Source: Tubulanus polymorphus
Lineage: Eukaryota; Animalia; Nemertea
DNA length: 64,000 bases
Assembly: GCF_964204645.1 (NCBI RefSeq)
Contig: NC_134028.1
Coordinates: forward strand, 11,269,263 to 11,333,262
Direction: 5' to 3'
The notes under the pieces are model-generated. The model was not told the DNA's origin and searched no databases. It saw only the letters and a list, made by a program, of their open reading frames with translations. Within the stretch, counting starts at the first letter, position 1, and each line of letters begins with the position of its first letter. Below, in pieces: positions 1 to 13,541 of this stretch. Position numbers and translations under genes: made by a program.

Positions 1-1597
1 CTATACTGGACCATTTGTTGACACTAACCTTAAATAAACTTCGTATGGATACAATCAAGATAATTCCACCCTATAATACCCTAAGATTGACGCGCAGCTT
101 AATTAAACATGGCGCCGTCATTCATTGAGGTAGTCATAATGTATCTCTAAGCACATTAAAATCACACTTGAATTACAAGTGTTGACTTATGACAAACAAT
201 TGAAATCTAGCAATTTGATTGGGAAAATAGCACTATAGTTCATATAAAGGACGAATGGTCGAGTGGCTGGTGTGAAGTGAAAAGTAGGATACCGGTATGG
301 AAATATTCATTTCATTGAAAACTAAACAAGAAAAAAATATATGAAAAAGGATTCAATTTTGGTCAGTGTGCTCTTTTAATGATAACTAACTGTTAACCAG
401 AATGAAACATTCGCAAAATTGATTATGGGCCTTTTGACTGAACAAATGTTCATAATTTTAATACATCCCTTGAATGACGAGAAACAACTAAAACTATGAG
501 TGACCCGTTAAAATACGGTACAAACTTGGTGAGAGCCTGGGTTTCATGGGATGTTTTTCATTATCATACGGACCAATCAGTACAGAAGCTCCCAAGTTCT
601 TCAAATTTGAGGCCAGTGCCGGTTACTGATAAAACAAGGTGACTTATGCACGGGATATCAAAACTAGATGAATCATTGAAAACATCACACAAAATAAATC
701 TTTATATCATACGCCTGAAGTATTAGTAATCGCCCTAGAAATGATAAATATCGTCCTATTCAATTGTGCCGCCATTTTGTTTGTTAAATAACACGCGCCA
801 GCTGATCCACCTCATTCAATGTTATGACGTTATGATAGAAGTCAAATCTGTGTCAACATAAATTTCAGATATCCAAGATTTTGAGAGGTTTCATCTTAGA
901 AAGCCCATAACTACCAAGAAAAAAGCGTCGGATCTTGGCGATATTGAGTTCTTCCGAGACAAATAGCATTGAATTTTCACATGTGTTATTTTGGACAGTT
1001 AAAGATGCTGCTCAAATATATCAAATTTTTGAAACTTTTTGGTAAATTTTTCAAAAACTATGAAACCCCGAATGAAATACTGTTGCACCACTGACATCTT
1101 CAACAACTTGATACCCCCCAAGTAAACACAGAATAAAGTTTATTATGATGTTTAATCATGATAGGGTGGGGCATATGTCGCAATTATTGGTGCGACATAT
1201 GTCACAGTTGTCGCAACAGTGGCTACGCCCCTGATAAAGGTTTGCTGAAATTATCTCATATATTATTCATTTGTTGAATACGCGGGACAGTGGGTCTAGA
1301 AACAGCCATGTTTCACAATGATGTTGTAAAACAGATTAAAAGAGATCGTAACCCAAGTTTCATAAGACGTTACTTACGGTTTGTTCTATTAGTGTGCTAA
1401 AATCTAAACTTTCAACTTTTCCCCAAGACCATTTTTTAGTGGATCTACATCAATCTCACGAATGATAAAATTGGACCTCCAACCGGGGAAATCTACGTTT
1501 CCACTGAAGATTTTGACCTGACCAGTGCACGATCGCAGTGCAGTTACTAGCTTATATGCTAATACTAATACTAATACTTGGTCTCTGATGCTATTAA

Positions 1598-2632
1598 CCC
1601 TTTCAATGCCAGTATTTTGTAATATATTAACCCTCTCCTGCCACTTACAATTAGTGGTTTTTGTAGGTATAACATACAATATATTCAATTAGCTCCATGG
1701 CTTTTACTTCTGAATTTAACTCATGCAAACTATATATGGTTAGCAAGTAAATGTACTAAGCTATCTTATCCCACCAAAAAAAGTGAGGCAGTATAAACTA
1801 GATCAACCAATGACGTCATCAAGATGGCCGCCGAACTCCATTCCAATCGAAAAATGAAATTTCAAACTCATATATCATGTTACAGTAAGCAAATATATGA
1901 TTATTTTCAATCTAATACACTTATATGTAATGATTGCTACACAATAAAGTTTATTTCATGTTGATAACTATGGTAATTAAGTTTTTATTGGTTTTTTTAT
2001 GCCAGAATATGGTCACTTCACTGATACCAAAATTCTCGGATTTCGAACACATTCAATTTTCAGTCAGATTCTTTTTAGCATGCCATATTTTGAAACAAGG
2101 ATAAGGACACAAGGGAATGTTACCACAAAAATAATGACCAGCTGGCTGAATTCCATCACTGTTATAATCATGATCATCCAAATTATTTTCAGCATTGCCA
2201 TGGTTACTGTCAAAATCATCACCCTCCTCAAAATCCGAACTACTATCCTCAACACCAAATTATGAATTCTCATCTCACGCTTCATCACTCAAATGTCCAA
2301 ATGTGTTATCATTCTGATCAAAAATATCAACGAATTGGTCCAACCTTAGTCGCTTTGTTGATCTAGCATTATCCATAAGACAATAAGCACACTTGTTATT
2401 ACACATCAAGTCATTTTCTAAGTGTTAATTTTAAGTAAAAGCGTAAAATTTTTCCATAAAAACTCTACGACCTTGAAGTTAAGTTTGTGTCTGTACTACC
2501 GATATAGTTCTATCAATATCCGCCAGGTGCAGACACTTCCTACTGATATTCATTCAGCTCCCGACTATTTCGGGAGTGGCAGTTTGGGGTGAAATTACGC
2601 TCCCGACTATCTCGGGAGCGGCAGTTATAGGG
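1598..2632. mobile_element. Possible piggyBac-like non-autonomous remnant
   Basis: Right end GGCAGTTATAGGG|TTAA at 2632 with two subterminal GCTCCCGACTATyTCGGGAG repeats (2557, 2599). Candidate left ends TTAA|CCCT at 1598 or 1631 match only loosely. Confidence 0.35.
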
Positions 2633-3415
2633 TTAAGGTAATTCTATCATTACCTAAAAGAGTCTACCAGTGCTATCCCTAATATACCTTTAGAGGTTGC
2701 TATTGCATCTTCGTACCCTTTAAAAAGTAGGCCTATTCATTTCTGCAAATTATTTACCTGGCAGGTCTAGGGAATTGAAATAAATTACCTTTGACTAGAA
2801 ATATTATATAAACATATATGAACTGATTAGCTGATTAATAATCATTGGTTTAACTCTAACGAAGTATTTTGGGTACTGGCTCTAGTCCATATGTATCAAC
2901 ACAGCAAAGTTTTAATCGTTGTGCCTTTCATTTTATTATGAACTACTATTTTATTCTATTCAACCTTTAAGGGCTGTTTAACTACTCGACCTGACCTAGT
3001 ACTAATTTGACCTTTACATTAGCTACTAACAGATTCAAACTCAACATTACTCTTCAACTGAGGAGAATTGTTGACTCTATTTGATACAGTATGAAATACT
3101 TTTGCTTCGGAGTTGAATTAGTACTTTGAAAAAAGCCAGTACATAGGAGTCAGAACACTAACTGGAGATTAACAACACTAGCATCCCTCTGACTGACACC
3201 TCATCATCGTCGTTGTCGTCGTCGTCATCATCATCAAATCATCAGGAGACCCTTTTTTGTGCCCTATTTTATGTTCATAGTAAATGTTCTGTATTCTTCA
3301 ATTGTTGTTTTACTTTCTCAGTTTCAGTGAACCTGTTGAACCAGCTTGGTTGGTTAATGTGGCTCAGGGGGCCTATTGATTGATCCTGCTTTGAAATATT
3401 GAAATAAGCCAATGT

Positions 3416-6400
3416 TCATTCAAATATCCAACATCGGTGAAAGTTTGAATACTGTATACATGTATATAGGTTTTCATGTTTTATGAATATTTTGCACTTC
3501 ATGGGTATTAGGCTAATTCCAATGTCAAACACATGACGTTGAATGGTCAAGGGCAGACGGTCAACACCAAGATAACACTCTTCGACCAATGTTTCATCAT
3601 AACATAGACGGCCTGATTCTTTCAACTCAAGCAAAGCGATTAACATGATCAACATAACACTGGAATTTGCAGTGACTAATAGTTTCTTTCATTTAGGACT
3701 ATGTACTATTAGCCAATTTTGGATTTGATTGTAATTGAAACTCTCAAACTCCTATCGAGAGACAAGTAAGACCATTTTACTAATCATGAGTATAAAATTA
3801 CTAAAATTCACGATTAAAAACAATCGTGTTGATTTTAATTACTAATTCAACGCATTTACTGAATAACCAATAGAGAAGGGAGTCTCTGTCTTTCCCCAAA
3901 CCGGGAAACCTATCAACGAAATGAGAAACAACGAGGAGGATAACCACAGACTCGAAGGAGCCTACCACAGATCCTTCACAATTGATGATGATGATGATGA
4001 AGTGGAAAGAACACAAGTTATGCTTGATTCTCATATTCAAATTCAATTAAAATTCAAACTTATCGTATTACATCATATTTACAAAGCATATCATTGGTTC
4101 AACAGTAATGGAAATTAGGACAGAACCAATATTATTACAGAATTTTCAAAAAGGTTATGAATTTCCATAACAAAATGAAGATTATTTTTCTAATAACTAG
4201 GAGTGACTGTCCCGTTTATTAGGAAACACACATAACTAGTGGAATAGGTTGATATTTACGCACATGTTGCAGGTATAAATTGTTTATCAGTATAGAATTA
4301 GTGATCGATAAAAGCCAAAATTAACATCAGCTCGATACCCAAACTAGATCAATTCATAATGTATCGATTGAAGCTACAATACAATATATGTATTTATTCC
4401 AATATTTCAATAAAAAGATTAATTCCTAGAAATCTATTCTAAATCCTAATATGTTCTTATATCAGTAAATGTATTCAACACCTATTGACTTGGCAGATTC
4501 TTAAGATGAGTTTCCTAATAGAACAGATCCATTTTTTAAGTGTGCTGATACAAAATAAATGCTTGGTCTAATCAATTCATATTTAATGACATTTTTGCCA
4601 CGTAAGTTTGGTTTCAAAGCTGAATCACATTAGACCTTTACACAGTGGTTGCATATTAGGTTCGAATCTGTCATTATATTGTATGCATCGGTATCTGAAT
4701 TTTCGATGATTCCTATCATCCTGAATGGCATGGTGCGTCTTCGCAGAAAACCATTTATCGCTGCTTTGCAGCTATATTTAGGGTTTCTGCTGCTTTCGCA
4801 GAAACCCTCTTGTAATTTTGTTGATTATTATTATTATAAATTTTCCACTTTCCAGCGAAAATTTTTTCATAAAATGTAACTCCTCTCAGATTCGATCACT
4901 AACAGCTTATAAACGTAATTTTCATTTCTGTCAGAAATAAAACTCAGTGCCTGACCATTTCGAATTTGCATATAGTAATTTATTATGAATTAATCCCGTG
5001 TAATTACCAGGTCTAAAAAGTGACAAGAATAACGCAAAGCATTGTCATCCACTGATAAAAGTACATTCCGAAAAGCCTACAAATTACCTGACGACCTTGA
5101 GGGTCAAATTCAACCGTAAATCACGGATTCAGACTTACAATTACCGGGTCCGTCATTTACTGCGGACAATATACAACCAACATGGCGGATGGCTGAAATC
5201 ATTTTCAGCTTAAATTTATCGCAAATTTATGACGATTTTTAGGACTTTAATGAACTATGATCCCTAAAATGAGTCAATTGATTAATTCTATTAGTAAATC
5301 AATTTATGTTGGCAACATTTCCTGAAGATTTCTGGCTCAAATCACCGTAATATGGACAGAAATGGTAGGGATTTTCATATGGAATTTTACTTCCGCCTTC
5401 ACTTAACGACTAGGATCGATGACAACAACAGCAGAGTTTATGTAATCTAAGGTGAGAATCCACTAACCAGGGAATGTTAGACATGATTTCTTGGTCTAAC
5501 TGCAGTTAAGGTTACCTTTCCACTGGGTGGTGCTATGATATGAGTACATATGGTAGCAAATGAGTACTCGGCAAAGCAATGATCATTGTTGGCTAATGCC
5601 TAGCTTTTTGGGGGATACGCCTAGAATAGATTTAGGTCCTTAATGTAGTGTGTAGAGCCAGTGGAAAGCCTTAGTAGTTAAAAAGGGACTGGTTTACACT
5701 TATGTATACGACTATTTATTTTGATTACTTTCTTTCCAGCTGTTAATCGTGGAATGAACAGGTCACTACGGTCTTCAATTCCTTTGCCGATTCTTGCAGC
5801 TGGTGGGAATATATTCAAACCACAGTGTGCAAGTGTACATTTCAAATTAAGCGTCTCAGATGCTGTAAGTACTTGACGTTTTGTGAAATTTTTTTTTTAT
5901 AATGTCATGTTTAAAATATTTGGATTAGTAATCAGTCGTGCTAGTGTACATGCAGAATTGGATTCATTGTTATTATGGGATGATAATTCACGGGCATCAA
6001 GAGTCCTACGATATACCCTTGATATGAGGCTTTTTAAAGTTTATCAGTGACTTGTTTTGGAGTAAACTGAATAGCCCTTAAAATACCAATTCCACACGGC
6101 TTAACGGATGCGAGACAGCAGTAATAGACGTTTCACGACAAACGCACGATTTAAATTGGTCTTCTAAGATATCTATTATACTTTCAGGTGGAAAGAGGTC
6201 AGATAGCATAAAAAATTGACTGTGGCTGACAAATTGACACGACGCAGATAAAGGGTTGAGGTTTCAAAAGATAACGCCAAAATGCTTGTATCATCAGGGG
6301 TAGACAAATTATCCGAAGATAAATGAAAACTCCACCCTGTTGATCGTCAGTTGATTTTGCTGTAATTATTTCATCTGGATAAATCGACACATTATTCATT

Positions 6401-9400
6401 TCAAAATCTGTGATCAGTAGAATTTCTTTCAATAAAATAAGAATGTATTTGACTAATGTATTCAGGAGTAAATTTGAATTGATGTCAAAACCAGAGAAAG
6501 CATTCTTCAAAAATTTTGAAAATTCTAGACTCATTATCAAATTCTGTGAAGTCATTTAAGGTTTTTTGCTCGAATCAAGCCAAGGGCTAAGATTAAATTC
6601 CTCACTGTCCTATAATGCTGAGTATGACGGAGTTTAAACACTGAAAAACGTTGGGCTGTGTAAGTGTAATTTGGATAAGTCAGCAATATAATGACGGCCC
6701 TGCCCCGCGCGCTCCATCTGAGACATAAACAAGTTGGACTGTATTGCTTCGATGCTTTGACAAATGGACTCCTTATATCCACATATCCAACATAATGTTG
6801 ACCCAGGTTGCGCTTCTTGGCAATAGTCATATGCTATGGGCTAGAATTATTTCGATGAAATCTTCGTACGCTTCCCAGTTCGACATATGAACTTATTAGG
6901 CAGAAACCCGTTATCGCTGCTACGCAGCTATATTTATTATTATTATTATTATTATTAATTTTCCACCTATTTTCGTCACATAAAATCCATCTTCATTCAG
7001 ATTCGGCAACTGACAGCTTCTTAAAGAAATGTATAAATTGATACTGTAATAACAGTCTGTCTGAACAAGCAGATTGTCTAAATGTACTGTCTATCCTATT
7101 TGAAACTTAAAATTAGTTACTAGGTAACTGTCAATAAAGAATTGAATTGAACCTGAATGCACATGTACCGATAATTCTATGCTCCGTAGAATATCAGGCC
7201 CGAGTCCAAGACTTCACGAGTCCGGCGTTCGCGAGTCCGACAGGTATTGTCTATCTTGTTGTTCTTGACCTTGGGCCTATTATAGTAGCCAATAAATACC
7301 ATTTTAAGTACGAATTTGTTAACCGTACGCGAGTTCCCTACATACGCCGTACGTGAGTTAGGTGAGGCTATATGTAAATTAACTTCCATCAACCTTGCAG
7401 TTGCGTTCTGTTGCTCAGTAAGTAAATCACTGGATTACTGCTGGATTTTTTTTTCATTTGGTTTCGAATCCCAATATTGCAAGTCAGAGCATGAACGTAC
7501 TCATATACGGCTAACCAGTGGAAATCACCGTACAGTAATGTACGGGTAACTCCAGCATTTTAAGTATTAAGTGAGTACGATAAGCCTACCATGCCTAAGT
7601 ACACTGTACTACAAACACAACTTTTTCCCTCTCGTCGGCCCTACACTGATGTTACTATAACTGGTGCCATTATCACATGGATAGGATTTGGTCAGGACTA
7701 GCCTAAAGTCTAATTCAGTTTATGCATTATTCACTAGATATTGTTAAAACAATACGGTGAAGTAGAAAGGCACACGCAGAAAGGCTAATTGATTTGAGCC
7801 CTGCAATTAAATTTTGCTGAGGCCTTGTCTAACCTGCTGACATTTATATTTAAGCCTAGATCCAAAACCTTCTATGTGGTCACGGCTTGTATACCAGAAA
7901 TCACGATGTAGGCCTGTACATTTTGCTGTACGTAGGTTTGGTCTACCGATTTCTCCTTGATTAATAAGTGTATGGTACAGCTGAACGCATTATACCAATG
8001 GGAATAGGGCATATTGTTTGGGCTTATTATTTCCTGCTTTAGAATATTGAAATAGCCTAACATTCATTCAAATATCCAACATCGGTGAAAGTTTGAATAC
8101 TGTAGGCTATAGGCCTACATGTACTGTTTACAATATAGGTTTTCATGTTCTATGAATATTTTGCAGTTCAAATGGGTTTATGCGGATTCCAATGTTAAAC
8201 GCATGAAATTAAATGGTCAAGGGCAGTCAACACCAAGAACTATCTTCGACCGATGTTGCATCATATTATAGATCTGATTCTTTCAACTCAAGCAAAGTGA
8301 TTCAACACGATCAACATAACACTGGAATAGGTTTGCAGTGACTAACAGTTCATTTCAATTAGACCTATGTACTTTTTAGCCAATTTGGATTTGATTGTAA
8401 TTGCAACTCTTGAACTGTTATCCAGAGACACGTAAGACAAGTGGAAAGAATACAAGTTATGCTGGATTCTCATATTCAAATTTAATTCAAATTCAAATTT
8501 ATTTTATTACATCATATTTACAAAGCATATCATTGGTTCATACAGTAAATGAAATTAGGACAGAACAAATATTATTATAGAATTTTCATAAAGGTAATGA
8601 ATATCCATAACAAAATGAACATTATTTGTCTAATAACTAAGAGTGACTGTCCCGTTTATTCTGAAACACACGTAACTAGTCGAATAGGTTTGATATTTAC
8701 TCACATATTGCAGGTATAAATTTTTTATCAGTATAGAATTTGTAACCCATAAAACCCTAAATCAACATCGGCCAAAACCCAGACCAATCAAATCATAATT
8801 TATTGATTGAATCTACACTACAATATATGTATTTATTCAAATATTTCAATAAAAAGATTAACTCCCTTAATCTATTCCAAATCATCATACGTTCTTATCT
8901 GTAAATTTACTCAACGTATCGACTCAGCAGATTCTTAATATGAGTTCTTAAGAACAGATCCATTTTTTAAGCGTGTTGATAGTACAGTATCATCAAGTTT
9001 TAAAGAGCATATTCCATCAAAATAGAATATTGTGTATAATTCATTTTCAAATGTGATGTATTCACAAATACCAAATATGGTTTGAATTTTAGTTCAGCCA
9101 TTACTGAGAAATATGACTTTTAAATCGGCAATTTCAGCACATGCTCACTGTTATTGTTTATCTTAGCAGGTGCGTGTTTCTGACGTCGTATCTGACAAAC
9201 GCTCGCGGCTTCCAGTCATTTCACTAGCCATTTCATGCAATATTTTATCGTTTTGGGAGTGATTTGAATTAATAAACTCTTACCATTGTATAGTGTTGCT
9301 ACCGTTGTATATAACATGATAATCGTATATAAGTGAGTAGCGCTGTAGGTCAGTGAATACGGTGAACAAATGGTTTATTTTATCGATTATACATAGGCTA

Positions 9401-9878
9401 CACGTACTAGCACACACGTACTTGTGTTGATTGCCATAGTTAACATCATAAATAGCAACACCCGCGGGTTGAATATGAAATATACGCACGGAGTGAAGGA
9501 TAAATAGATGACTATTCCGCTATTACAGCTAATTCGTGCTCCTTTTTTCAATACCGTAAGTCACATCTCAGGTCATTATATGTATACTCAAGTTTCTTCT
9601 GGTTATGAAATCGCGGAAAGTACAATTTTGATGATGGCATTTGCCCTTTAATGCCAAAATGAATCCCTGGCCGTATAAATTCACATTAGTTGATTGTATA
9701 TCCGCGTAAGTTTGGTCTCAAACCTGAATCACATTTGACATTTTGCACAGTGGTTACATATTAGGTTCAATCTGTCAATGCATTTCATTTTATGTATCAG
9801 TATTTACATTTTCTACAGCTCCCATCACCCTGAATGGCTTTGCAGAAAACCCGTTATCGCCACTTTGCAGCTATATTT
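3416..9878 (-). repeat. Tandem array of Helentron/HINE-like non-autonomous units
   Basis: Terminal motif GCAGAAA(A)CCCGTTATCGCTGCTTTGCAGCTATATTT recurs at ~4743, ~6900, ~9842 and 50920. Hairpin AGGGTTTCTGC..GCAGAAACCCT then (ATT)n follows at 4780. 3416-4778 and 8063-9878 are diverged direct copies. Confidence 0.6.
9004..9647. mobile_element. Kolobok/T2-like MITE (TTAA TSD)
   Basis: TTAA|AGAGCATATTCCATCA ... TGATGGCATTTGCCCT|TTAA imperfect TIR; absent from the paralogous copy near 4550. Confidence 0.6.
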
Positions 9879-10452
9879 TATTGTTGTGCCCATGGAATCT
9901 GGTTTGAGTCATTCAATTTCGAAAAATAAGAAAAAATACTACTAGCCACCGAAATGATCCGGAAATAAAACGTCAAAGGCGTGCATAACCAAACGAGCGC
10001 TGAAGATGCAATGTGTGTGTGTGTGTGTGTGCTTCTTCAGTGATGATAGAATGAACGGCACTCTCACACATCGGCGGTGCGCGCGTGTTATTCTCTTACA
10101 TCAGACAAACTAATCGGCTAAGTTAAATGAAATCCATATACAGGCATCACGCTGGGCCGAATTTATGTCCGGTAACTGGACATATTCCCAATCCAAAAAT
10201 AATTCAATTTTCCCAATTTGACAAAAAAAAACTCCCAATGAACTTTTGTTTAAAATAATTACTTCTATTTATTATGATGTTGCAAGCATTGTTAAGATAC
10301 AAGCACGTTCTCTACAATAACGTAATTGAAATATAATATTGTTCTACTGTAGGCCTAAACCATAGTTAGTTACCTAATCGTTGGTGGAAAGCTTTTTATA
10401 ATCGGATGAGCTTATACCAACGTTAGGGATGACAAGGGCCAAAACACGGTTG

Positions 10453-11250
10453 AACTAGGGGTCCAGGGACACCATGCCCACTTGGGAAGTGGTTCCGAAT
10501 GCTCAACAATCTAACAATTTCAATATTCAACGCCCCCTGGTGGCCATATACAAAAACCAATGACCTTGAAACTCACCACAATCATAGAACACGTCATGAG
10601 CTACAACTTTCTAAATGATTGTGGTAACAAAATACGCTTAGGTATCAATATAATGTGGAAAAACTTTTTCCCACTTACGAATGAGTACTGCTGACACAAA
10701 AGATGGCCACCAATTGCGTCATAATTGGCTGATGAAAAATACCTGTCTCAGGTATAAAACATCCCTTTCCAAAGAATACCCATCACAAATTGCAATGAGA
10801 AATGATAAACCCGTAGGAAGCTACAGGACTCAGAATTTGGGCCAAAATTAACATTTTTGGGCACTAAAAAGGTCATAGGACGGCCATCTTGAGTCCGATC
10901 GACCCAATTTTTGCTATGCTGATGGGCCCTGGGGGAATTCACATATATCCGAAAGATCAAGGTAATTGATCAAAGCGTCTTCAAAATTTCCCTCAAAAAG
11001 TTAAAAAATGTGTAAAAAGTGCTGATTTTGGCGAACAACAATGGCTGCCAGTCGGCCATCTTGAATCTGACAGGGCCAGTTTTTGGGCTGAAGATGTGTC
11101 TAGGGTAGATACATGTGTAACCTAAATATCAAGACATTACCTTGAAGCGTCTTCAAAACTTCTCAAAATAACTGGATTCCGTCTACGGACGGATGAACGA
11201 AAAGTGAACGCAATAGCCCGCTGGGACTAAAGTCCCAAGTGGGCTAAAAA
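10453..11250 (+). mobile_element. Helentron-associated (HINE/DINE-like) element
   Basis: Starts AACTAG, has a GGAC/GGAT microsatellite remnant, and ends with hairpin TAGCCCGCTGGGACTAAAGTCCCAAGTGGGCTA followed by an A-run. Confidence 0.5.
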
Positions 11251-12032
11251 AGTAACACTTCAAAAATATATTTTCTGTTCACTTCAGTCCACAATTAATG
11301 GCTTAAATCACAAACTAACACAGGTACCTTTTGAAATAATCCGATTTTATGTATGTTTCGAGCGATTAATCAACATTATTTTGAGAAATTAATTAATTTC
11401 TCCACCAATATCACCATTGGCCGCCATTTCTCTGTATTGCATACATGTGGCATGATAGACTAGGTGACCTACAGGGATTTAAATAAAACTTTCAAAATGA
11501 AACGACAATTTTTATTTTTGATAGTTTTCCAACTTATATTTCAAATCTTCGTGTTTTCCATTATAAATAATGAAAAAATAAATTCTGGTTGAAGAAAAAT
11601 GTAAATAAGTGTTGATTTCTTAATTTTTTTCAATTTCATCGTTTCGTCTCGTTAGTTTGTGTTGTGGTCCTGGCCTCTGTCCACAGGTGCCAGCACCCTC
11701 CACACGTTGGCCGCCGTCGAATTGACGGAAATTTACTCTCACTTAAGGCCGATTTGCACATGGATTAAGATCGTCAGGTGAGGTGTTATAGGTATCAAAC
11801 AAACTACGAATCTGTTGTGCGTTGATTACAACAAAGATTAGACGGATATCTTAAGAGACAATGAAATGCCAGGCAAATTCCTCGTGAGTCAAATTGACTC
11901 ACGAAGATTTCATTGAAAATTGACCTTCCCATTCCTGACTGTCGTTTGTGAAATTATCCGATCGTGAAACTAAACCAGTCAGGTTACTGACCACTAGATT
12001 CCCGGAAAACTTAAACTAGGCCACATATCAAG

Positions 12033-12347
12033 CAGTGCTTCATCTAGCCAAAAATAGAGGGACGGTCCGCCCTGCCCCCGAAAATAGCCGCCCTTGTGCC
12101 CTTCAGATGTGTCCCATGCTCGCCCTTGTGCCCTCATCACTTGCCGTAGGTCCGGACTTAAACAGTTTCTAGTCCTCAATCATAGCAGGGGGTACCTCGA
12201 TTCTATGCATTAGGGAACATTGCAGTTTGCCCCTAAAACCGACATGAGTGCGTTATTATGTGCCCTTGCTCCGATTGGAATCACGCACAAAAATGCCCTT
12301 ATTTGAAAACAGCACCCTGCCCTTTTTTAATGCTAGATGAAGCACTG
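12033..12347. mobile_element. MITE with 16-bp TIR and 5-bp TSD (hAT5-like)
   Basis: TIR CAGTGCTTCATCTAGC / GCTAGATGAAGCACTG flanked by TCAAG on both sides. Confidence 0.7.
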
Positions 12348-12696
12348 TCAAGTCTAGTCTGAATACCAGTCGTTGTTACCGGTTCCCTACAACGTCTGAC
12401 GCTAAAGTATCATATAGAGGTCAACTCCTGTTAATTGCAATGCGTCAACTAATTTTAGTGTCAAATCAAACCTGTGTACTAAAATGAATAAATTAGTTAC
12501 CTTAACTTTGAAAACGTGTTTTATAATAACATTTTTGATGATCTAAATCGCGAATCGGAAATTTATTGATTTGATTTGAATTGATTGCCATAATCGGGAT
12601 TTCCAATACGGACTAGATTAATAAAATGTGAAAAGTCAATATGTCTCTATAAAATTACTCTAAATGTCATTTTTTGTCGATAAAACCACAGGCACT

Positions 12697-13291
12697 TGAA
12701 TATGGGCTTTGAAAATGGATAAATATTTGATAATTTACCGGCGATACGTTGATCCTACTTTAATAGATCCGCCATGTTTTATAATAAATTTACCCATGAT
12801 GCAACACGCGCCGGTCGTTTAGCTATACTATACAGAAAGGCTGGAAACGATCCTATCTCCGTAATGCTTAAATCTACCCGCAGTTATCGGGACAGATGAC
12901 GTCACAGCAATTCCGAAGAGGCATCGCGAATTTTCAAAAATCAATTTTGTTGCCATTAAAAATCTTTAATGGAGCTAAAACAGTGTCAATGTTTCCAAAA
13001 AAATCATCTACAATTGAAATTATGGGCGCTCCTATATTTCAGGATTAAAATTGACACCAAGGACGTACTTCGACAATCATCGGCAGTGTTCGGCTGTCCC
13101 GATAACTTCGGGTACATTTAAGCATTACGGAGATAGGATCGTTTCCAGCCTTTCTGTATAGTATAGCTAAACGACCGGCGCGCATTGCATCATGGGTAAA
13201 TTCATTATAAAACATGGCGGATCTATTAAAGTAGGATTAACATATCGCAAGTAAATTATCAAATATTTATCCATTATCAAAGCCCATTTCA
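12697..13291. repeat. Foldback element with ~200-bp arms
   Basis: 12697-12895 is the near-perfect reverse complement of 13094-13291; the right arm stops where the LINE 5' region begins. Confidence 0.8.
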
Positions 13292-13541
13292 CCTCGACCC
13301 GCACTTTCACCTCCGCTCGGAACGTCGGGCGCTGTAGTAGGACATGGCCGCGAAATTTGTCGCTCTATAAATCTTGTGCAAAACTAACCGATTACTACCG
13401 TCAAGTAACTGAAATTAACCCTTAGAGGTTAAATTAAATACTCCGATGTTACACAGATGCAAGTATAGAAACGCCAGAGCTTATTAAGTCGTGAGTAGAC
13501 TCGAAATAGTGACGAAACTACACCGATCGTCGGAATTCAAA

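Noticed and set aside
1404-12179. Short ORFs in the first 12 kb as genes
   Set aside because: No recognisable motifs; most lie within non-autonomous repeats.
13290-13350. HDV-like ribozyme in the LINE 5' UTR
   Set aside because: GC-rich with some pairing, but I could not build the nested double pseudoknot; needs a covariance-model search.
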